In this document: positions 41,311 to 53,100 of the stretch, piece by piece | How positions within the stretch are numbered: the first letter of the stretch is position 1 | Layout of the letters: each line of letters opens with the position of its first letter | From: Patescibacteria group bacterium | Lineage (GTDB): Bacteria > Patescibacteriota > WWE3 > UBA101185 > UBA10185 | Assembly (NCBI GenBank): GCA_018825365.1 | Contig: JAHJEV010000004.1 | Span: 27,527 to 91,526 of the forward strand | DNA length: 64,000 bases | Direction of reading: 5' to 3' | Translations under genes and position numbers: made by a program | The notes under the pieces: model-generated | Database searches by the model: none | What the model saw: the letters and a program-made list of their open reading frames with translations, nothing else | What the model was told of the DNA's origin: nothing

Positions 41311-42099
41311 TTACTTACCAGCACCAGGACGAACTGCTTCTCTCATCCCGGATTTCCTAAGTTCTTCCTTCAACATGCTTATTACTAACTTTTCTTGCTT
41401 AACTTGGTCCAAATCTTGCTTTATCACTTCGGCATATACGTTCGCCAGAATATCGAATATCCTGTTGTTAAGGTTTTTTAACTTCTCTGCCTTATATGCC
41501 TCTATTTCCTGCTCAATGGTTGCATATTCAGCCTGGACCTTGTCTTCAAGTTGACCCGTAGCCTCCAGGGTCTCTTTTTTGATAGCCTCTTTAAAATCTG
41601 TTACACCTTTCAAAGCCTCCTTTTTCATTGATTCCGTAGCCTCGTACAGTGTTCTGATATTATCTTCCTTGCCCTCTTCCACCGCATTTTTGTATGAATT
41701 AAGCAAATCTTTTGATAAATCCGCTAGAGATTTTTCCTGTTTTTCATATATGTTGTAAAGGTTATTATCGAGTTTTTCTTTACTTTCTTTGGATATCGTA
41801 TATGTGCTATTCAAAATACTCTGCGCCTTTGATTGGGCCCTTCCTAAGATCTTTAGAGAGTCTGCTTTAGCCCTATCTAATATCTTCAAGGCATCTTGAT
41901 AAGCACCTGCGCTTAAATTCTCACCCTCACATGATCCCCTGTTAAGTTTTCTCCTGCCCATTTTCTTACCTTTAGCAACAAGCAAGGAATAAGCTAAAAG
42001 AAGAAATCCTGTAAACAATAAGGCTAGCGCCAAAGTATCAAAATCAGCTCGACCGGAAACTATTATTTTGTCAGAAAATATAAAGGGCAGTGATTTCAT
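41311..42099 (-). CDS. atpF: F1Fo ATP synthase subunit b (long form)
   Basis: Single N-terminal TM followed by a long charged coiled coil; operon position. Confidence 0.6.
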   Translation of the reverse strand: MKSLPFIFSDKIIVSGRADFDTLALALLFTGFLLLAYSLLVAKGKKMGRRKLNRGSCEGENLSAGAYQDALKILDRAKADSLKILGRAQSKAQSILNSTYTISKESKEKLDNNLYNIYEKQEKSLADLSKDLLNSYKNAVEEGKEDNIRTLYEATESMKKEALKGVTDFKEAIKKETLEATGQLEDKVQAEYATIEQEIEAYKAEKLKNLNNRIFDILANVYAEVIKQDLDQVKQEKLVISMLKEELRKSGMREAVRPGAGK

Positions 42100-42153
42100 A
42101 AGAATATTATATCTATGACTTTAGTTAATGCAAAGGTTAAATAAAAATCAATA

Positions 42154-43005
<852 letters not shown>

Positions 43006-44099
43006 TCAATATCATTAGTGAACTGCAATTAAAATGTTCGAATAAACAACAGACACACAACTACGATGCACAAACAGGAAATAAACAGAAATATAAAAAT
43101 TAATACAACAATGCCCTCAGTAAAAACTTTACCAAATATTGTCACTACGATATTTGGTAGGGTTGAAAATAACCCACAAAATACTGAAACAACTATAAAA
43201 TTATAAAATCCGAACAAAAAATACACCGAAAACTAAAAATACTCCAGCAACAAGAAAAAATCGAGTCAAAAGTATCTTATAGCCACTAAAATCTCTCTAC
43301 TTATGCTATAAGCCTACAAATTTTGACCGCATAAATTTACTATGAACCCCTACATTATTGATGGGCTTGAAAAATAAATACTCATTACTCACTAACTCAA
43401 CATTGATATAAAAAACATCTCGTAAATTATTGCAACCACAACCAACACACAAGTTAACGTTCCGGTTTCAAAATTAAGGCCGCAGAATGCCCTATTTTGA
43501 ATTTATTTGCAATTCTGGACCCAATATACCTTCAAACATAAAACACGGGATTTTAGAGGGCAAAAATCACCGCGATTTTTCAGAAAACTAAAAAAGTACC
43601 GGTGTTTCTACCGAGGCTAACAATGGGTCAATTATCTAAACAAAATAAGGAACTACTAAGATCTGAGCAATGTAAATATATATAAACAAAATTGCATATA
43701 AACTAATTTTTAATATTTTTGCCAAGTGCATTAAAAACAACCCCAACAAACGAATATTTGAATTTGAGTATTTAAATTATCCGATAAAATGCATCAGAAA
43801 ATAAAAAATTAAACCTTGTTATTTATTAACATAATAGCAACATACCCCACTCTACCAAGGTTGTTTTATGCTCCCAAGCAACGTATTTAGAATAACCATT
43901 CGAACCTTGCTTTTTATTGTAACAAAAGCAAAATGCCCCACTCTAACAAAGTAGTGTGTATACTTCTAAACCAAGGTTTTTGATACAAAACACATTTTAG
44001 AAATTATCTATAACGAACTAATAGAAAACATAGCAAAAGTGGTATGAGTAAAATCGTATCCCAAAACCTTATCAAATGTTATCACATAAAGAAAAGTAC

Positions 44100-44128
44100 T
44101 TGACATTGACACTGAATATTACTAAAAT
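44100..44128 (+). promoter_or_regulatory. perfect-consensus sigma70 promoter TTGACA-17-TAAAAT driving the giant gene
   Basis: -35 TTGACA (44100-44105), 17-nt spacer, -10 TAAAAT (44123-44128), ~55 nt upstream of the 44182 start; end of a 1.2-kb AT-rich non-coding region. Confidence 0.6.
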
Positions 44129-44181
44129 ATTTATAACATTACTAAACATCATTGTAGCAATATTTAGTAAGGTTTTTTTCA

Positions 44182-47100
44182 ATGAGCCTGCCTGCCCAAG
44201 AAAACGCACAAAGAAATAATGACACAAAGTATGACTTCCAAAGATTTGGAAGTTTAAAAGTTTCTCAAGCCGCAAAAATTTTAGGTATATCCCCTTCCTC
44301 ACTTAGACGCTTCGAAAAAGAAGAAAGAATTACCTCGGAAAGAGCCCCCGGAAATAACTATAGAACCTACAGATTGGATCTAGTAAACAGGCTAAAAGCC
44401 GAGCTACAAAACGATGGTACCAACAAACAGCTTCTGGTCAAGAGGAAAAAACTTAGAAAAACTCAGAAATACTCCCCAGAAAAAATAAATACAGGTCTAA
44501 TAAAAACCAAACCAGGGATAATACCTTCCCCAGCCCCAGTATTTAACATGGATATACCTTCGGCGCCATACCATGTCAAACCTTATGTACCAGTATCCCC
44601 CTCGCTAGAAAAACTAGACGAATCGATTAAGACAAAGGGTGACAAAGAGGAAAACTTGAACTTACCGGAGGTAGTTCCTTCATATGAAAAAATAGTCACA
44701 TACAAACCAGCAGTAGCCAAATTAAGTTTAGGCAGAGTTTTCGCCTTGATATCTACTCTCGTACTAGTATCCACAATCCTTATTTTCCCCGTGAACTTTT
44801 CAAAAGTTCTTTCAGATTTTAGATCTAAAGTTCAAAACGGACTTGTCAACGCTAAGAATCTGTCAAATGTTCTTAGTACTTTAAACTTTGGATCAAAAAA
44901 GCTAGCTGAAAAGAAATCAACTGCCCCAAGTGAACTTTTGGCAAATGTACTTGCCGCAAGTGCCCGAGTTTCAAATTACGTTTACAACATCAATATTCCA
45001 GTATTTTTCAAAAAACCAGCAACATTTGAAGACACCCTAACGGCAGAGCAGCTGGCAACTTTCAACGCCGCTATTACCACAACCAATGTAACTTTCAAAG
45101 GCACCGGTTTAATAAATAACCTTTTAGGTATTGATGTAGTAACAAAAACCACACTCGAAAGAGACTTGGATATTGACGGACAGATAACAAGCACAGGAAT
45201 GGGAGACACGGTAATAAGCAAGGGAATTATAACAGGACCGATGCTCAATTCAAACATAACATATTCCGGTAAATTTAATTTTTCAGGAACAATTGCACTA
45301 AAAGGAACAACAATTACATCAACAGCAGCCGAGCTTAATCAACTGGCAGGACTTTCATATGAAAGCGGCGGCATATTTTACGGAGACGGGACCGGATTTT
45401 ATCAGGATACTTCTTATCTGTTTTGGGACAGCACAAACAAAAATCTAGGTATAGGAACTAGTTCTCCCACTGCAACTCTAGAAATAATAAGCTCGGGAAC
45501 AGGTACCTCTACGTCAACTTTATGGACTAAGAATTCTACTGGAACAACAGGTTTATTTGTACAAAATAGTGGGAATGTGGGTGTCGGAACTACAGCCCCG
45601 GCCACAGCTTTGGAAATCGGTGGAAGCGGAAATCTAAGAATAGGAGGATTAACTGCTTTATCCGGTGTATATACAGATGCTGACAAAACCCTGGTCTCTA
45701 CCCCACCTACTTCAGGAACTTTAGGCTATTGGCAAAGAAACGGAACTTATGTTTCTCCAGCGACAATCACTGACAATGTAGGTATTGGTACCACCGCTCC
45801 TTCAGCACTTCTTGAAGTAAACGGTACCTCATGGCTTCGAGGTGGAACAGCACCTACTTCAGGTTTGTTCGTAAATTCAAGTGGCAACGTCGGCATCGGA
45901 ACAACAAACCCGGGAGCTAAACTGGACGTACGGGGAGGATTGAATACTGGAACCAATGGAACAGAATTTACAGTTTCTGACACTGGTATAGTTACTGCAG
46001 CCACCTCATTTCTAGCTCCAACTTTTGATACTGCTACCGGAGTGGCTATGAATATCGGAACTGCCACTCAAACTGCCCTCACCCTTGGTAGGGCGGGAGC
46101 AACCACAACCATTAACGGTTCCGGCTTAACGGTTGGGCCAACCGCTTGGACCGCAACTCCAACTATCTCCGGACTGATTACCGCTACCTCCGGCTTAACT
46201 GCCAATGGAGCTTTAACCGCTAACAGCACTTTCACGCTTGGAGATGATGGAGACCTCGGATCGATTGATACTTCTGACTGGAATATCACAACAACTGGAG
46301 CAATGACCGGAATTTCAGGAATTGCTAATGATGGTGCCTACACTCAATCAGGAACATCGGCTAACACTTTTACTGGAACCTCAACTTTTTCCAATGCCAC
46401 CTACTCCGCCTTTTTTACCGGTGGTAACGTAGGTATCGGCACGACAGAGCCAGGCAGCAAGTTGGAAGTTGCGGGAACCTTTACCGTTTCCGGCAGCAAC
46501 CTAACCACTCTCGGAGGCAATCTGACAGTTACCGGTACTACTTGGACAGCCACCCCGACAATTTCCGGTTTAGTAACCATGACCTCAGGTTTTGACAGCA
46601 ACGCCGCCTCAACCGTCTCTTCCTTAACCATAGATGCCAACACTGGAAATGCTCTAACTATTTCCGGAACCGGTTTTACCACTGACATTACCCTCCAAAA
46701 CGGGGAAACAATTGACAATGACACTGACGGCACAATCTTACTCACCGCTCCCACCACTAAAACTTCAGGCAATCTGTATGCGGGAACATCAGGGACAGGA
46801 ACAATCACCTCAGGTTTAATTAACGGTCAAACTATATCCTCCGCCGCTAATTTCACCGGCACCGGAATTTTTGCTTCAACTCTAACTGCTTCCAATGGCT
46901 TAACTTTAACTACCGGAGCTTTGAATTTGACATCAACTTCCGGCACAGTTAACCTAGCAACGACTTTTAACCAAGTGGGCGCTACAACCATCAACACTTC
47001 AGGCACTGCCAACACTACTATCGGCAATACCGCAGGCGGGACAATCACAATCGGTGCCGCCTCCGGAAGCGATCTTGCCTTAAATGACGCCCAATGGTCA

Positions 47101-50100
47101 ATTACCGGGGCCGGAGCGGCCAACTTTACTGGTTTAACTTCATCAGGAACAATTACCTTTTCCGGCTTGACCGCTTCAAGAGGAGTATTTACCGCTACCG
47201 GAGGGCAATTAGCTACTTCGGCTACTTCCCAATACCTAATTGACTCTCTTTCCGACGAAACAGGGTCGGGAGCTTTGGTCTTTAGTAACAGCCCGGCAAT
47301 TACCACCCCGACCATCACCACTTCAGCTACCGTGCCTTTATTAATTGGTGGTACAGCTGCCAACAGCACTTTGACTTTGAGATCCACTTCGGGTACGGGC
47401 ATAACCGGAGCTGACATTCTTTTCCAGACCGGTAACAACGGGGCTACTGAAGCCATGAGAATTTTGAACTCGGGCAATGTGGGTATTGGGACGACCAATC
47501 CACAGTATGCTCTTGAAGTAGGAGGAAGCGGGAATGTGAGAATCGGAGGACTTAGTGCCTCAATGGGAGTATATACCGATGCAAATAAGCAGCTAACTTC
47601 CACTCCTCCTACCTCCGGGGGTTTAGGATACTGGACAAGAAGTGGTACTACTCTTTGGCCTACCGCAAATACGGATAATCTAACCACTCTTGGCAACATT
47701 GGCATAGGCACCACCTCCCCCACCTCTTCTCTTCATCTTAATGCGTCTGCCCCCAGTGGCATTATATTTAATCTTGCCTATGGTGCATCCACAGTAATTG
47801 ACAACGATCTTACCGGCGCCAAGTTTAACCTTGATGACGGCACAGTCGTTGCAACCAACCAGAATATCACAGGCTTGGAGGTAAAGTTGCCAACCGTCAC
47901 CAACACCCATACAACAGGCACCAAAACGCTCAAAGGATTTTATGTAAACTTCGGAACCGGATCAGGCTTAAACCAAACCGGCGTCGGCGGCACCACCACC
48001 TACAATGCCCTTCACGTGGATCTTCCCGCCCTTACCCAAACGGCCGGAACGTTAAACATTAATGGTTTGTATGTGAACTCTCCGTCCAGTATCACAACCG
48101 GCGGTACGGCAAGCGGTCTTTATATAAACTCCACAGGAGTTAATGCAGGCGCGCTGTACGGGGTGAATGTAAGTAATATAACGGCAGGCGCGGGAACCGA
48201 ACGGGCGATTAACATAGGGAGTGGCTGGGACAGCGTTTTAGCAGTAAACGGTACCGTGATAATAAGCGGCTCGGGAGTAACCCAAACAGCCGGCGGCGGC
48301 ACCGGTTTTTCCACGTATACCAAAGGAGATGTCCTATACTCGGACGCGGCCAACTCGCTTGCTAAACTTGGCATTGGCACTGTCAATCAAGTTCTCTCCG
48401 TTACCGCAGGAGGAGTGCCGGGTTGGGGAACTATGGACGGTACAAGCTGTGTCAACTGTCTTATTAGCAACCCCACCGGAGATCAAATCATTGCTCCTAC
48501 CGGACAGGGTACGACAGGACTAGTTGTTCGCCAGACCTCAACCTCCTCTCCTACCGATGATATTTTTGCTGTTACCAATAGCGCCGGTGATAATAAATAT
48601 TTTTATGTTGACTACGCGGGCGTTGTCAATATCCCAAGTATCGGCTCCTCCAGCGGAGACCAGCTAACTATTGAACCAGGAACAGACAAATACGCCCTTA
48701 AACTTCTGGGCACCAATGTGGCGGCAAACAGCCTTCAGCTTATTGACAGCTACAACACTTCGGGCACCATTTTTGATCTTGACTACCCAGCGGCAAGAAC
48801 GCTTTCAGGCGCACTTGTTGGTATGGATATTGACCTTTCCACCAATCTAACAGTAACAAACCAAAGCGTAACCGCTCAAAAAATTACTTTACCCACTTTT
48901 ACCAATACAAATACCACAGGTACCAAGTCGTATTTGGGTATGCAAATTGCTCCCCCGGGAGCTGGCGGTGTTAACCAAAATGGTATTGGTGGAACAAGCG
49001 AGTACATTTTGGCGGATCTTACCATGCCTGCTCTTACCCAAACAGCAGGAACGCTTAATGCCTACGGGGTCAAAATCATAACACCTTCGTCCATCACCAC
49101 CGGCGGTACTGCTTATGGGGTTAATATAAACGCAAGCGGAGTCGGAGCAGGCACGCTTTACGGGATGAATGTAAGTAATATAGCGGCAGGCGCGGGAACC
49201 GAACGGGCGATAAACATCGGCACAGGCTGGGATTATGGTATCTACTCGGAAACCACAGGCAACTCCTACTTTGCAGGCAGTGTTGGCATCGGAACAACAA
49301 ATCCCACCGCAGCTCTTGATGTTGCTGGAGGAATAAAAGCAACTACATTTAATGGCAATATTATCTCCACAGGTACTGGAACTTTAACACTGGGGGCTTC
49401 AAAAACTTTAACTGTTAATGATTCCACTGTTTTGAATACTAATACCGTTACCTTCGGAGGAACAGAAATATTAACTTTAACCGCAGGAAAGAATGTAACC
49501 TTTGCTGATTCCTTTACCACCTCGGGATCAAATTCTCTCACACTAACAACTACCGGGTCAACCAATACAACCCTGCCAACCACAGGAACTCTTGCTACCT
49601 TAGCCGGAATAGAAACATTCAGCAGCAAAACATTTAGCGGAAATACATACTTTCCTGGATCTGGTATCTGGGATGCAGGAGGCAACATCGGCATCGGGAC
49701 GACAGCTCCGAAGAACAAGCTAGATGTATTTGGTGCTATGGCTATAGGGTCATACGCAGGTGTGAATACGGCACCGAGCAACGGGATGATAATATCTGGC
49801 AACGTCGGCATCGGGACGACGGGACCGGGGGCGACCCTGCACGTTCAAAAAGGTGCTGGTGTAACGGCGGTATCAGACAGCAACGCAGTGTTTCAACTCA
49901 CATCTGATGGTAATGCATCAAATATGTGGTTTAACATTAAGACAGGAGCCAATGGTGGAACCAATGGGACATTTGGATTTGCTGAAGCTGGGACTATTAA
50001 GGGCGGAATATTATGGGACGTGGCAAACGCCTCATTTAATTTATCTAGTGACGTAAACACTACAGCGACTTCAAGGCAAGTGATTATTAAAGCAGGCAAC

Positions 50101-53100
50101 GTCGGCATCGGGACGACGGGTCCCGTGGCCAATTTACACATTGTTGGCTCAACCTTGTTTGGCTCCTTAGCCGTGGCCGACAAGGTCACTGGCGGAAACA
50201 TCGGTACCGCCGCTGCCACCGTTGATATATATACCAGCTTCAATCTGTCCCAGGCCACCGCGGGCCAAACCATTACCCTGCCCGATCCAACTAATACCAC
50301 GGCCGGCAGATTAGTCTATCTTTCCAATACCGGTTCGGCCACCTTTACTTTTTACAACTCCACGGTTAAAGTCGGCGATACCACCGCGGCCATTTGGGAC
50401 AGTGACTCCTGGAACCTGGCCGGCGGCGGCGGTTTGGCTCAAGGCACGGTTGATAATGCTACTTTAAGATGGAACAACTCAACCACTCAGTGGGTGGAAA
50501 ATACCAGTATTCTTACCGCGTTAAATCCAACAGCCGTAGGTTCTTATGGGTTGTCAGTTGGCAATTCTGGCGCTGTTGCCGGAACCGGATATGGCATTTA
50601 CACCACAAAGACCGGGGGCTCAACTACTAATGTAGCTTTGTATGCATCGGCATCCGGTGGCGCTGCAAATTATGCTGCCATTTTTGATTCAGGAAATGTC
50701 GGCATCGGGACAACTGCTCCCACATATAAACTGGATACCCAACTGGCAAGTAATGGAATAATTGCAAGATTTTCAGCAACAGATGCAAGTTTACTTATAG
50801 GAGCAGATGCTAGTGGTGGATATATACAACCAGGAACAGTAGATAAAACTACAATATATCAATCAAACGGCACATCAGCAGTAGTAACTGTAGACGCTAA
50901 CAAAGTAGGTATAGGAACGACTGCTCCATCAACAAAATTAGATGTGAATGGCACGATTACCAGCCAGACCGGAGCTGTAAACTCCAATGTGGCTGACTCT
51001 TCAACCGCCATCGCCTTTTTACTGGCATCCAATAATACTTTATCCACCCAGGGCGCCAAACTCCTTTCTTTGAAAAACGCCTCAACGGAAAAGTTTTACA
51101 TTGACAAAGACGGCAATCTCTATACGGCCGGCACCATTCTGGCCGGCAATGGCACCGGCATACTGATGATTAACAAATCCGGCGGCACGGTCGCTAAGCG
51201 CAGTTTAGTCGTCATTGACATCACCACCAACTCCGCCTTTGCCACTACCACCACCGCCTACGCCAAATCCAGTTTTGGCGTGATTACCGGCGTCGGGCTT
51301 GGAGTAGCCTATGACGCCGATGGCGACGGCGCGTGCGACGCCGAAGATGTCTGCATGGTGGCGGTTGGCGGCGAAGTGGAAGTTCTTCTGACCAACGCGT
51401 CTACCGCCGTTAAAGGCGACTATATTTATACCTCGGCCACGGCCGGTTCGGGCGTGTCCAGCGCCAAGCAGTTTGACGGCCTTATCGGCATCGTCAGCAA
51501 CACGGCCGGCTCTGCTTCCGGCTATGGCAAAATGATTTTTAAAGTCCAGCCCCAGGTCTCCGGCTCGCAGTTTTTAACTAAAGAAGACACAGCTTTGGCT
51601 AATGGCGGTTATGTGGAGATAGTCCACAATCAGAGCACTAATGATGTGGTGACCAATGGGTGGGTGTACAACACAACCACCAGTAAATGGGAAATAGTTG
51701 GTGATAGTGGGGATGCAATTGGTGGAACAGTAACATATAAAGATGGATATACCATCCATACATTTACCAGTAGCGGAACCTTCACGCCAGTTAGTGCTGG
51801 AAATGTTGAAGTTTATGCTTGGGGTGGTGGCGCAGGTGGTGGGTATAACGCCGGTGCCGGAGGTGGTGGAGGAGCAGCTAATGGTACAGTAACAGTTGCG
51901 GCATCTTCTTATGTTGTTACTGTTGGTGGCGGTGGATTATCTAGGGCACCGGATGCTGGTCCTGGACCAGCAGTTGTTGGTGGAGGTGGTTTAGCAGGTA
52001 ATCTTGGTTATGGTGGTCAAGGCGGAGGTTTATCTGGAATTTTTATAGGATCTTCTTCTCAAGTCAATGCTCGCTTAATGGCTGGTGGGGGCGGTGGTGG
52101 TGCTTACGAAGGTGCTAATGGCGGTGCTGGAGGCGGCACTAATGGCGTTGCTGGTGGCAACGGTTTAGATGCTGGTGGTGGTGGAGGAACACAATCTGCT
52201 GGTGGCACATCTGTTTCCTCTACCGGTTCTGCGCTACAGGGAGGTTCTTCTGGTGCTCAAGGTGATGGTGGCGGTAGCGGTGGTGGAGGTGGTGGTTATT
52301 GGGGTGGAGGAGCTGGTAGTAATACCAATCCTGGTTCTGCTGGTGGTGGCGGTGCAGGATTTTATAACCCAACTTATGCTTCCTCTGTAACATTAACTGC
52401 AGGTTCTGGAACAACACCTGGTGATTCAGGTAATTCTTTAAGAGGTTCTGCTGGTAATGGAGGTGCGGCTGGTAATAATGCAGGTACAGCCGGCATTGTC
52501 ATTGTTAGATATCTGACGAATTCGTTGAGCGCTTTCAAAATCACCCAGCAGGATACCAATACGGTTCGGCTTTATAATTATTCCGGCGCGACGCAATATG
52601 TCAGGTTAAATGTTATTCCTTCCGGCGGCGGCGGTTCGCCGGGCGGCGGCGCCGGGCTCTACACCAATAACAACGCCTCCGTTGCCAACGGCTCCTACAT
52701 CGACGTGGCGCACAACCAGAACACCGCCGACCTGGTAAGCAACGGGTGGATTTACAATACAGCTACTAGCAAATGGGAACAGATTGACAAAGATAGTAGT
52801 GATGCCACTGGCGGAACAATAACATATAGCGGTGGATATACCATTCATACTTTTACAAGTAGCGGAACATTCACACCACCAAATAATGGAAATGTTGAAT
52901 ATCTTGTGGTTGGAGGAGGAGGAGGAGGTCATACGGGAGGTGGTGGGGCGGGTGGATATTTGACTGGAACAGATTCATTATCCGCAACCTCTTACAATGT
53001 TATAGTTGGAGCAACAGTGGGCGCATATACAACTGGAAACAATAGTTCATTCAATGGCAAAATAGCTTCTGGCGGAGGTCTTGGAGGAAATGTAGGTGAA

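Noticed and set aside
43029-43226. 65-aa very hydrophobic ORF upstream of the atp operon, considered as a possible c subunit
   Set aside because: It lies in a T-rich (minus) low-complexity stretch whose translation is trivially F/L/I/V-rich. It has no Gly-repeat helix or RQP loop, so it is probably not a gene.
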